Of a stretch of 64,000 nt of DNA, positions 1 through 11,327 are shown piece by piece. Each line of letters begins with the position of its first letter. Position 1 is the stretch's first letter. This DNA is from Cyanophora paradoxa CCMP329. Lineage: Eukaryota; Plantae; Glaucophyta. A model generated the notes under the pieces. It made no database searches. It was not told the DNA's origin and worked only from the letters and a program-made list of their open reading frames with translations. A program made the position numbers and the translations under genes. Location of the stretch: NCBI GenBank assembly GCA_004431415.1, contig QPMI01000457.1:124001-188000 (forward strand), read 5' to 3'.

Positions 1-1700
1 CGAATTCTCCCCGTTGGACTGGACATCGCGACCCAGGACGCCCTCGGGTTCTCCGTGCGCGAGAACCTGGTCGACGAGTTCCCCGACGCGTCCCTAGGCC
101 TGGGCGCGGGCGAGGAGCCGGCGGGCCGCGACCCGGACGGGCTCGGGGAGCGGGTCAAGTGCGTCCTGCACAGCGCGAACTACTTCGGTGCGCGTATTAT
201 GCATGCGCAATATTAATTCGAGCGCTTCGCCTCTCATTGCGAGCAGGCCTGGAGGTGAAGGAGTTCCTGCTGTACGCCTCCCGGCGCCTGCCGGACGGCT
301 CCGCACTCGCCGTGAAGCCCACGGCCGACCTCGTCGACGGCGTTTGGTACCTCCCCGACCATGTCTTTGATTTCCGGGCCGAAATTCGCAGCTCAGGGGC
401 TGACAATGACCGAATTTGGGGCGTCGCGCAGGACGTCGATTCGCTTCCGCGAGCGGCTCCGCAGCCTCACCGTCTTCCACGCCTCCGCCGCGGGCGGCCC
501 CCGGCCCTTCGGGGGCTCCAGCAGCTGCCGGTGCGCTCTCCTTGCGATAGATCTAAATTTATGTCTAAGTGCTGATAAATATTCGAGCTGATTCAAACAC
601 GTCGACGTCGTCGATCGCAGGCTCTCCATTCTGTACTACAACGACAAGCCGAAGTTCAATGTCCTGAGGCTGGTCCCCGACTTCTGTGCGTTCTGCCTGC
701 TTTGGTGATTAATATTCGGGTCTACAAGTTAATTCCGCCCAGTGACTCGACTCTGTACATGCCCAGGGTGGCGCCGCGTCTACTCCCGGATCCTGGCCAA
801 CATGGCTATCCGGATCAAGCGGCACCTCCTGAGCCTCGCCATGGGGCCCGCGCCCTCGGGCGGCCCGCCGCTGCCGGAGGCCCCCCGGGGCCTCCGCGTC
901 CCATTCGCAAGCGGGTCTGCGGCGTTCCCGTCGATTGCGAGCTCGCGGCGGGTCGGGGATCTGGAGGCGCCGCCCTCGCCCGCGGCCGGCGCGCTCGCGT
1001 CGGCCGCCCGCGCGCACGTGCACGCCGGCGGGCGCGATCGCGAGTCTCCCTTCGTGCTCCACTCGTACAGTGCCGGCGCGCGGGCGGCACACGCACACCC
1101 GGCGAACGCCGCGCTGGAGAACGTCGAGGAGGCGAACGGCATCAACTCGCTCTACCGGAGGCTCGTCAAGGACGGCTACGACCCCGAGAACGCCATCGAC
1201 CGCGAGCTTGAGGCGCGCAAAATTCGAAATTCTGCGATTTATTCGGATCCGTTCGTCTCACGGCGCACTGCAGAGCGCGCACGTGGTCGCCCTCCAGGTC
1301 AGTCTCCAGCATTTCGCGCATTTTCGCGGCGGTTGGGGGCCCGTCTGAGATTTTCGCAGGAAGCGGCGCGGGCGAGCCTGGACCTCTCGCTCCGCCTTTC
1401 CGGCCTCTCCCTCGCCGAAGGGGCGCCCGCAAAGGCCTCGCGATCGCCGGCTTCTGCTGGCGGTGCCCTCGCGATTGGCGGGACGGGTGCCGGCGGGGCA
1501 GCCAAGACCGGCTGCCGGCCCCGGCCGTGGGCCATCCTCGACGATGGCGACGGGGGCGAGGTGGATGGTCCGGAGGGCCCCAGGAAACTGCGCCCGCCCT
1601 TCGTCTCCTGGGGGGTACGCAAGCCCGTCACCTGCGAGGCCACGGCCAGACCTTGTCTCAAATTTCTGCCTCCTAACCCGAATGCGTGGTGTGCGCTTTC
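1..1700 (+). CDS. Host multi-exon gene of unknown function (5'-truncated; 3' end uncertain)
   Basis: Coding-like segments are joined by short GT..AG introns, e.g. ...LHSANYF|GLEVKEFLLY..., ...LSILYYNDKPKFNVLRLVPDF|WRRVYSRILANMAIRIKRH... No family recognised. Confidence 0.4.
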
Positions 1701-4047
1701 TGCAGGTGCCCCAACTGCCCCAAGCCGGCCAGCTGCAAGAGGAGCTGTCCATTGGCCGTCCGGTCCAGGGCAGCCGCGAGCACCTGCACCTGCACCCCCT
1801 CACGGCCGCGGCGCCGGCCGTCCCCGTCACCATGCTTCGGGCTTCCGCGGGAGCGTTAGCCCCAGCCCCGGACAGGGCAATGAAAGCGGAGCCGGCCGCG
1901 CGGGCGGGTTCGCGCTCGCGATCGGCGCGAAAATCGGACGACGACAGGTTCGCATGCAAATTTCCGCGGTCCTGTGATAATGCGCAAAATTACGCCGTCG
2001 GTCCCCTTAAATTTGGCGCAGCAAGCCGGCCTACCTCGCTGTGGCTCAGCTCCGCGCGGCTCGGGCGCCGGCCAAAGGGTCCGATGTCTCTGATCAACGA
2101 GGTGAGCACGTTATTTAGTTTGACCTAAATAAGTACGGCTCTATCACCATCACTTGCAATTGCATTTGATTGTGCTTGCGAGCAGCAAGCGTACGAGTGC
2201 CGGAACCACCCTGCACCTGCACCTGCCACCTGCTCGAGCTGCAGGCTGCGGCGGCGGAGCGGCTGCCTGGGCTGCGCAGCCTCCGCCCCCTTGTTCCCAA
2301 AGGCGCGGTCGCTCCAGTCGTCAATTCATCTCAACTGCCCGGTACGGCTTCTGTAAAGGCCCTTGTAATTGTCCCGGTCGTCTTTTTATCTGAGACTGAA
2401 GCACCCCCCACGAATTTCCGCCACAGCAACGCCCAGCTGCACCGGCGGCAAGTGCGTCTGCACCGCGAATCCGCAAGTCCATGCTCCGGCGCTCGTCAAC
2501 AAGCATTCCATTCCGGTGCCATCACTGGCATGCACGAAAGTCGATGGCGAGGTCCGATCGCAAGGCGTCGGAATGCAAGACGCGTACGGCACCGCCGTTT
2601 ACGTTTTCGGACCGAGCCCCGACGACCCCAGCGACGTTGATGCGCAATCCCGCGCGCCGCCCATGGCCATGGGGGCGGCGGGGGCCTCGACCTCCAGCTC
2701 GAGCTCGCCGACAGCGGCGACCTCGGGCATGACGCCGGCGCAGTCGCCTCCGCCCGGCGCGGCGTTCGTGATCACGCAGCTGGCCCAGGCCGCCCAGCTC
2801 TGCGACACCTTCTTCGACAACGAGCCGGATCCAGTGGATTTTACCTCTGTTCCCACATTCAATCTCCACGATTTTTGATTTTTTTGAATTATCTCTTAAT
2901 ATTGCGCGATCAGTCTTTTTGTATACGTAGTCACTGACGTTTATTGCGGTGAAGCATACGCAGCGTGAAAATTAGACAGCAATCCGGATTAGTAGGTTAT
3001 AGCTTCTTTTCCCGATCGCGACATTCGATCGCGAACGTTAACTCGATCGCTTGTCTCAGTGCGCGTCCGCGTGCACGTGCCAGCGCACGGTCGCTGCTTC
3101 GTATTCATTAATATTTTTCTATTAATATTAATCGACATTACAGTCGCGAATGGCGAGGCACGCGTACGAGCCGCGGCCCGCGGGCTGTTCACTCGAGCTC
3201 GTCATTCCGAAGTTCGAATCAGGCCCGTCCCACCGTTGCTCACGGCATGCAGCGGCCCCCGACCCCGCGCCGCGGCGAGTGGCTGCCGGCGCCGGGCGCG
3301 GCGCCCGGCGCGCAGGGACCCGGGAGCTGCTTGCGCAGCAGCACTGCGCATGCGTAGCTGCAGGCTGCAGCTGCAGTGCGCCTGCGGCATCAGCACTGTC
3401 ATTGAGCAGCGAGCACGCATGTGCACTGCGGCAGTTGCAGCTCTCGGCTCTTGCCAGCGTGAATTCCGAAGTTCGCCGTGAAATCGTGAAAACCGAAATC
3501 CCCGCCGGGCCGATCGCGACTCGCGAGCTAGCGCTAGATCTAGAGCCAACGCCGCCCATGGCCAACGGCGCACACTGGGCGCAGGCTCCGAGGATAAAGC
3601 TCGAAAAACCCCGAGACTCGAGGATTTGTCGCGTTCCGGTACCCGGGGCCGGGCAGGTTCGGCTTTCCTCGGCGGTTTCTGCAGCGAAGACCAAAGAGAG
3701 CGGTGTGATGGGCTGCAAGAATGCAAAGAGCGCAGGCAAGCAAGCGCAGGCGCAGGCACCTCCTGCAGCAGCACAGCTGAACCCCGCTGCGGCCAGCCAC
3801 GCGCACGGCAAGACCCGGACGGAAGCCCAGAACGTGTTCATCGGCCCTTCAGTCGCTGCATCGCACGGCGCCGTTGCAGCGGATCCGGATGGGCATGTGC
3901 AGCAGCTCGCCAGTGAGTTATTTGCAATTGAGCGCGCGCTAGCGTCAACGTTTCGAATTTCCCCACATGTCCGATCTGCTCGCCGTTACCGCCTTAAGCT
4001 TCGACGCGCAGCGCACCAGGGGCACCGGTCTCGCGGACTTCCCTCAG

Positions 4048-7000
4048 ATGGCGCTGCGGGGTCCAAAGCTCGAGGCGCCGCGGCCGTCGACATACGTAGC
4101 GCGCCAGCGACCGGGTGTGCACGCCCGCACGCCGGCGCCGCGGCCGGCGGCGCCTTAAGCAGCTTGCATGCGCGATACGTTACTTGTGCCCTCTGCGCCT
4201 TGAGCTTCCGCACGCGCGCAGGGCGGGGGCGGGCCCGGGGGCCGGGGCCTTCCAGCGGGACCCGAGCGAGGGCCTCGCGCCGGCGGAGATCGAATTCGCG
4301 GCTCGCGCCCTGGCCAAGTGCCGCGAGCAGCGCACCGTCCGCATCTTCCTCAGCTCCACCTTCCGCGGTCCGGCCCCGCCCCGCCCCGCCCACGGCCGCC
4401 GGCGCCCGGCCCTCAGGCCTAGGAACACTTCAGCTCACGGCTCCGATATCGATCGCGAGGGCAGACATGCAACGGGAGCGGGACGTGATGAACGCGCGCG
4501 TCTTCCCCGCCCTGCGCGAGCTCTGCACCTCCCGCGGCCTCTTCCTCGTCCCCGCCGACCTCCGCTGGTCCGGCCCCGCGCCCCGCGCCCCGCGCCCGCC
4601 CTACGAGGGCGAGCTGAAGGGGGGAGACGGGCGCGCGGGGGGCAGGGGCGTGACGGCGGAGGAGTCGGCGGGCGGCTCGGTGCTGACGATCTGCCTGAGC
4701 GAGCTGGACCGGTGCCAGCCGTACGTCGTCGTCACGGTCGGGCAGCGCTACGGCTGGTCCTTCGCCGCCTCCCCCGGCGACGCCCTCCTGACCGCCACCT
4801 TCGACCGCGTCCGCTCCGCCCCGCTCCTCCCTCCCCCTTCCCGCCCGCCCCCGCACCCCGCCGTTGCCTCCAGTCCAGCCTGCCCCCTCGAGCCCCCGTC
4901 GGCAGCCCCTCCCCCCCTTCCGCTGTCTAGATTTTCCTTGTTTCCATCCTCCCTCCCCCTGCCCCACGTCTCTGCCTTCCAACTTTCGACACCGCCCTCC
5001 CTTCCTACCTCCCCTCCCCCACCCCTCCTCCGGCCATCCCCCCCTCCTCCCGCCCCCGGCCCCCCCGCTGCTCTGAGTCTAGATCCTCCTTCATATAGCT
5101 AATATAGCTATAGTTGCCCCGCCTCCGGCCACACACCATCCCGCCCCCCCCCCCCCATCCCCCTCCTCCCCCCCCAATCCCCCTCCTCCCCCCGCCCCCC
5201 CTTCCCCCTCCCCCCTTCTCCCCGTCCTCCCCCCCTTCCCCCCCCCCCCCTTCCCTCCCTGCCCCGCTTTCATTCCATCCACCCATCCTCCGTCTCCTGC
5301 AGCTGCCCCCGTTCCGCCCCCCCGCTCCGCCCCGTTCCGCCCCACGGGTAGCGCCGCTCCTCACGCCGCCTCGGCCCGACCGCAGGCGGTGGCCGACGGT
5401 ACGCGTTTGTCGACGGCCTCCGCGACCGCAGCGTCACCGAAGTGCGCCTCTGTCTTCTTTCTGAGCCCGGCCCACGCCCTCCTGCAGCTGATCCCTGCGC
5501 GCAGTGCGAAATTCAGTACGGTGGTGCCCACGGCCTCGCGCGCGCCCCTTCCCGCGCTTGCCTCGCCCACGGCCTCCCCCCCCCCCCCCCCCCCCCCCCC
5601 CCCCGCGCGCAGCCCTGCGGCCGCACCTTCGCGACCCCCTCCGCAAGGCGAGAGCCGGCCCTTGTCGCCCGTGGCCGCCTCCCGCCCTGACTGTGCGGCG
5701 GCAGCTCTTCTACCAGCGGGACGCCGGCTGGGCCGCCGCGAACGTGCCGGAGGCCGAGCGCGCCACCTTCCTGCCCGGTGCGATCGCTAGCGCTGCGCCC
5801 GCGGCGGCCGGCCCTCCACGCGTACGATGAACTCAGCATTCGACGTCTCATGGCCGCGGGGCGCGGGCAGAGAACGCGGCGTGCGAGGCGAAGGCGAAGG
5901 CACTCGTCGCGGAGATCGCCGCCGCCGGCTACCCCATCCGCCCCTACCCCTCCGTGCGCCTTTCCGCAGCGCGCCGCCGGCGCCGCGCCACCGACGCCGA
6001 GGCGCGGGCAGCCGGAGGCGCTGTGCGATGCGCTGCTGGCGGACCTGAGCGGGGCGATCGAGCGGGACTTCCCCGTGGAGCCCGAGCCGGGCCCGCTGGA
6101 GGCGGCGCGCGCCGCCCACGCCGCCTTCCTCGCCTCCCGCCTCCGCTTCTACCTCGCCCGCCCCGCCCTCGACCGGCCCCTCGACGCCTACGCCGCCGCC
6201 CCAGCCGACGGCACGGGCCTCGTCGTCGAGGGCCGCTCGGGCCTCGGCAAGTCCAGCCTCATCGCCTCGTTCATCCGCGTGCGCTTTCGCGACCCCGGCC
6301 CGGCCCGCCCGCCGGAGATCGTGACCGCCCGGCCGGGCGGCAGCGCGTGGAGGGGGCGCGGCGGGTGGTGTACCACTTCGTGGGCGGCGCCGCGAACAGC
6401 GCGGACCACGCCGGCGTCATGCGGCGCCTCGTGGCCGAGCTCCACGCCGCCGCGGGGGCGCCCGGCGAGGCCGCCGTCCCCGACGAGGACGACCTGCGCG
6501 CCCGCCCGCTTTTTCGCGGGCTTTGAATTTCGCGCTGCCCGGCTGACGAATTTCGCAGGCTGCCGGCGGCGCTGTGGGGCGCGATGACGGCGGCGGGGGC
6601 GGCGCCCGGCGGCGCTCTCATCGTGGTGGACTCGCTGGACCAGCTGCTCAACCGGCCCGGCGCCCTGGCACGCCCGCCCGGCCCCGCCCCGCGTGCGGCC
6701 ACGCCGAAGCTGATCTCGCCGTGACCGCAGGACCTGACGTGGCTGGTGGGGGCCGGGGGCTCGCCCCTGCCGCCGGGAGTCAAGATGGTGGTATCGGTCG
6801 TGCCCCGCGACGCGGCGAGCGGCGAGGCCGGCCTCGACGGCGGCCGGGCGCACGCGGCTCTCGCCGCCGGCGCCGCCGCCGCCTGGCCCCGCCTCGCCAT
6901 GGCGCCCTTCTCGCCCGACGAGCGCACCGGCGTCATCCACGTGCGCCCGCGCCCGATCGGCCTCGCGACCGCCGACGGCCCTCGGGCCTCACTCGAGCTC

Positions 7001-10000
7001 GTCCCGTCACGACCGCGCAGGCGTTCGAGGGGGAGTACCGGAAGAAGCTGGGGGGGGCGATGGCGGGGAAGATCGCGGGGAGCGGCCTGTGCGGCTCGCC
7101 CCTCTTCCTCCTCTCCCTGCTCGAGGAGCTCCGCCTCTTCGGCGTCTTCGAGCGGCTCGAGGCGCACCTCTCCGCCTGCCTCGCCGTCCGCGACGCGGCC
7201 GGCCTCTACGGCCGCATCCTCGAGCGCTGGGAGGCCTCCCACGCCGCCGTGCCGGTGCGGGAGCTCCTCGTCGCGATCGCGTGCAGCCGGGCCGGCCTGC
7301 ACGAGGCCGAGGCGCGGGAGCTCTGCGGGGCGCCGCCCCAGCGGGAGTGGTCGGCGTTCCTCTTCGAGGCGGGGCCCTTCCTCGCCTCGCACGCCGCCCT
7401 CCTCTCCTTCTTCCACTCCTTCCTCCGCCGCGCCGTCGAGGAGCGCTACGGCCTCGCGCCCGGCGGCGAGGGCCGCAAGGCCGCGCACGCCCGCCTCGCC
7501 GACTTCTGGCGGGGCCAGCCGCACGGCCCGCGGCGCGCCCACGAGCTGCCCGAGGCGGCGCTGCAGGCGGGGCGGCTGCGGGGCCTCGCGGCGGCCGTGA
7601 TGGAGCCGCCGACGCTGGCGCTGCTGGACCGCGCGGCGCGGCCCGACCTCGTGCGCTACTGGCGCGCCGTGGGCGAGTCGGCGCCGACGATGGCGGAGAT
7701 CTGCCTCGTGGAGCGCTTCCGCGTCGCGGCGCTGCTGCCGTGCCTGCCGGGCCTCCAGCCGGCCTTCACGGTCCCCCGCGAGCACAACAGCTACGCCGCC
7801 TTCCCCGAGTCCCTCGCGTCCGCCCTGCCCCGCCCCCGCCCCCGCCCCGCCCCGCCCTGCCCTCGACCGACCCGTGCCCCGCAGGAACCCGGATTCGTGG
7901 GACGGGTACCAGGCCTGGCGGCAGTTCGCGCTCGAGTCCGGGACGCTCCGGGGGATCGACTTCACGCGGGGGTACCGCATGGCGTGGGGCGACGGCGTGC
8001 GCTACTCGAACGGCGTCATCTGCGACCGCCTCTTCGCCTCGGACGGGCGCCTCCCGGACGGCTGCTTCTTCCCCGACGTGCCCGTCAAGTGCGCACAGGG
8101 GAACGACAACGGCGAGGCCCTCACCCTCGCCCGCCCCCTCGGCCTCTACGAGTACCACACCTGGGAGGTGCGCGCTGGAACACGCCCCGCTCGCGCCTCC
8201 TTTCTTCTCCGTTTTTCGCGCCCCTGACGCCGGCACGCCTTATTTGTGCAGAACCAATGGGCCAAGCGCGCCAGCCCGACCCCCGGCCCCTCTCAGCTCC
8301 CGTCCTGACCCTGGCCGCGGCCCGGGCGCAGCTCCGTGTCGTACAAGTTCAACCCCGACGACAGGCCCTTCTGGGACAAGGAGGCGGGGAAGCCGACGAC
8401 GGGGCAGCTCTGGGAGCGGATCATCGAGACGGTGGCGGGGCAGGTCGGTCCCCACCACGCCTGCGTCGCCGCCCTCTGCTTCAACCTCGGCTGGCGCCTC
8501 TGGAACGTGCGCCCGGCCTCCCCCTCCCCCCCCCCTCCCCCCCCCTCCCCCCCCCCCCCCCCCCCCCTTCAAATTTCTCAATTTCCACTCCGCCTCCGTC
8601 CCCGCCATCCCCCCTTCCCCCTTCCCTCCCTTTTCCCCCTCCCCCTTGATCCGCCTGATCCACCCAGGGCGCGCGTGCAGGAATGGGAGGCCGAGAGGGG
8701 GCTGCCGTGGCTGCAGCGCTGCGCCGCCATCCGCCTCGAGCACTACGTGCGCATGCGGCCCCGCCCAGCTCTGCCCGCCTTCTTCTCGCGATCGGCGTCA
8801 CCGATCGTTTGGCGGGCAGCCGGAGGCGCACGTGCTGGTGGGCCGGGCGCACGTCGTGCTGGCGGAGTGCTTGGAGGCGGCGGGGAGGCCAGAGGAGGCG
8901 GCGGCGGCCCGCGAGGTCGCTGAGCGGGCGCGCGAGAAGCAGGCCGCGCTGCTCCTCGACGCCGCCGCCTGGCTCGCCGCCGTGCGCCCGACCTGGCCTG
9001 GCTCGGCCTGGCTCGGGCTCTCGATCTTCTAGAGCTGATATCGATGTCGCTGCGGCCGAATCGCGATTCCGCAGATGGGCCGCCTGTTCATCTCGAGCGG
9101 GGACGCCCCCGCCAGCATCGAGTACCTTAGGAAGGCCGTGGACATCTACAACGTGCGCTCCCACTCTGTTTTCGCGTGCTTCAAAATTTTGCAGACGGTC
9201 CAAAATGCGATTTTCGCAGACGGTGGGGTCGGGCAGTGCGAACGAGCACGCGGCGGCGCACGCGGCGGCACTGGAGGCACTGGCGGAGGCGGACGGGCGC
9301 GGCGAGCGGGCCAAGCACCTCGCTGCCGCCCTCGCCCTCCGCGAGGCCGTCTCGGGCCCCCAGCACCCCGACCTGGCCCGCCCCGCCCCGCCCCGCCCCT
9401 CCTGCCCGACGGCGCCTCACACGCGCGCGCGGTGCACAGCTGCTGGCGCTGTGCGCGCTGGGGCGGCTCGCGACGGGCGGGAAGCGGGAGGACTACCTGA
9501 TGCGCGCCGAGGCGATCGCCGCCAAGGCGCTCGGGAAGGCCCACCCGCGGTGCACTCGGCCGGCGCCTCGAGCTTCTCCTCGCGCCCGGCCCGCTGGCCA
9601 CGGCCGCCCATGCGAGGGGATCTAAGGTACGCCGACGTGCTGGAGGCGCGGGAGGCGGGCGAGGCGGACGCGGAGAAGGCGGCGGGGCTGCTGCAGGCGG
9701 CGGTGCGGGTCAAGGAGCAGGCGCTGGGGGCCTCCCACTGGGAGCTCGCGGGGCCCCTCTGCGCCCTCGGGCGCCGCCTCTCGGCCCTCGGGCGGCACGC
9801 GGAGGCGACGGCGGCGGCGCGGCGCGGGCAGGCGATCGCCGAGCGCGCCTTCCCGGGGCAGCCGCGGGCCGCCGACGCCCTGCGGACCTCGGCCTCTGCC
9901 TCGCGGCCGCCGCGCTCGCCGCGGCGGAGGACCGCGCGGCGCTCGCCGCCGCGGGGGACGAGGCGCACGAGGCGCTCTCGCGGGCGCGGGTCGCGGTGCG

Positions 10001-11191
10001 GGCCGTCTGGGTCGGCTACCAGCTGCACAGGAAGGGCGGGGCGGACCGCGGCGAGGGCGCCGAGGCCGCGTACGCGAGCGCGCGGGTCGTCCTCGCCGCC
10101 CTCGCCGACCTCCACACCAAGCTCGCCGACGGTGCGCCCCGCTGATCGATCGTGAATTCAAAGCGAATTCGAATTCGATCGGGGGCAGCGTGGTGGAGGA
10201 AGCACGGGAGCAAGCCGCGGCAGGACTTCCACCTGGGGCAGGCGCGGGAGGCGGACCCGGCGGCCTTCACCAACTTCCAGAAGATGAGCGACCGCTTCGA
10301 TGTCTACCGGGAGGCCCCCGCCGGGGCGCACGCCCTCCTCGAGGACCCCGCCGCCGTCGCCCGCGTGCGCCCGTCTGGCGCAGCCTCTCGCGTTAATTAA
10401 TCTGCGATTAATATCGGGGCGCCGGCGCCGCGGGCAGGTGTCGGCGCACCGCCCCAAGGCGGCGTTCTGCGGGGCGTGCAAGGCGGGCCCGCTGCAGATC
10501 AACGACCTCTACTCCTGTGCCGAGTGCCCCCCGCGGCCCGGAGTGTACCTCTGCACGAGGCGAGAGCTTCCCCGCCCTCCTTCAGCTCCCCCCCCCCTTC
10601 GCCCCCACCCCCCCCCCGTCGCCCCTTCCCCCCCCCCCCCCCCCTTCCGTTCCCCCTGTTGACGGTGCAGCAGCTGCTTTGGGGGCAAGCCGGACCACGC
10701 GGAGCACAAATTTGTGCGGGTGCGCGTCCCTCCCGCCCGCAACCGGCGCCTTCGCGCGCGTCCCGACGGCCTGGGGGCGGCAGGTCGCAGACGTGCCGCG
10801 GCAGGTGCCGCCCGCACCGAAGGAGGGCATGAAGGCGCGGCTGCTGCCCCTGCGCACACGCCCCTCCCCACACTCCCGTCGGCCCGGCGGGCCCTGACAT
10901 GCACGTGGGCCGGCGGCAGCTGTGCACGCGGTGCGAGGCGTGGTTCGACCCGGGGGCGGCGGCGGGCTGCGCCAGCCACTCGGCGTACTTCATGAACTCG
11001 CGGGGCTGGGTCTGCTGCACGTGCGCCAGCGCTATCTTCCTCTCAATATTTCCTTCCTTTACTGTATAATTTCACTATGCAGGAAGCAAGGGCGGGACGC
11101 GCCGGGGTGCCGGAAGGACAGCCACACGGACGCGGCGCGGAAGTGGCAGCAGGACCCGTCGTACGGCACCTACACCTACGTCCCCGCTTGA
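4048..11191 (+). CDS. Host DUF4062-NACHT(STAND NTPase)-TPR protein (NPHP3/TTC41-like) with C-terminal Cys-rich (ZZ-like) fingers; many introns
   Basis: DUF4062 motifs VRIFLSSTFR-DMQRERD and DLRWG..CLSELDRC..GQRYGW; Walker A GRSGLGKS (~6230-6255); Walker B LIVVDSLDQ (~6617-6645); TPR-like helices 8800-10100; CxxC motifs 10460-11020; stop at 11191 followed by AATAAA at 11201. Confidence 0.8.
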
Positions 11192-11327
11192 CGCGCTGCG
11201 AATAAAATTCCGTATCGGCCTTTATATTAGCATTTTGTCCGTCATGTGGTTACGTAGAAGCATGCGCAGTGCACGCGGTAAAATACGACACGATGCATTG
11301 GCCATGGCGACAGAGACAGAAATTCCG

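Noticed and set aside
3150-3960. Possible separate gene upstream of STAND protein 1
   Set aside because: No recognisable motif or clear exon structure.
4810-5385. Long poly-C/CT tracts (also at 5575, 8520, 10590 and 62870) as functional G-quadruplex or telomeric elements
   Set aside because: They lie inside introns, have no fixed period, and homopolymer lengths are unreliable.
3000-11000. Many long overlapping Pro/Arg/Gly/Ala-rich ORFs (also at 44-64 kb)
   Set aside because: These are artefacts of very high GC and read-through of short introns; only motif-supported spliced frames were kept.
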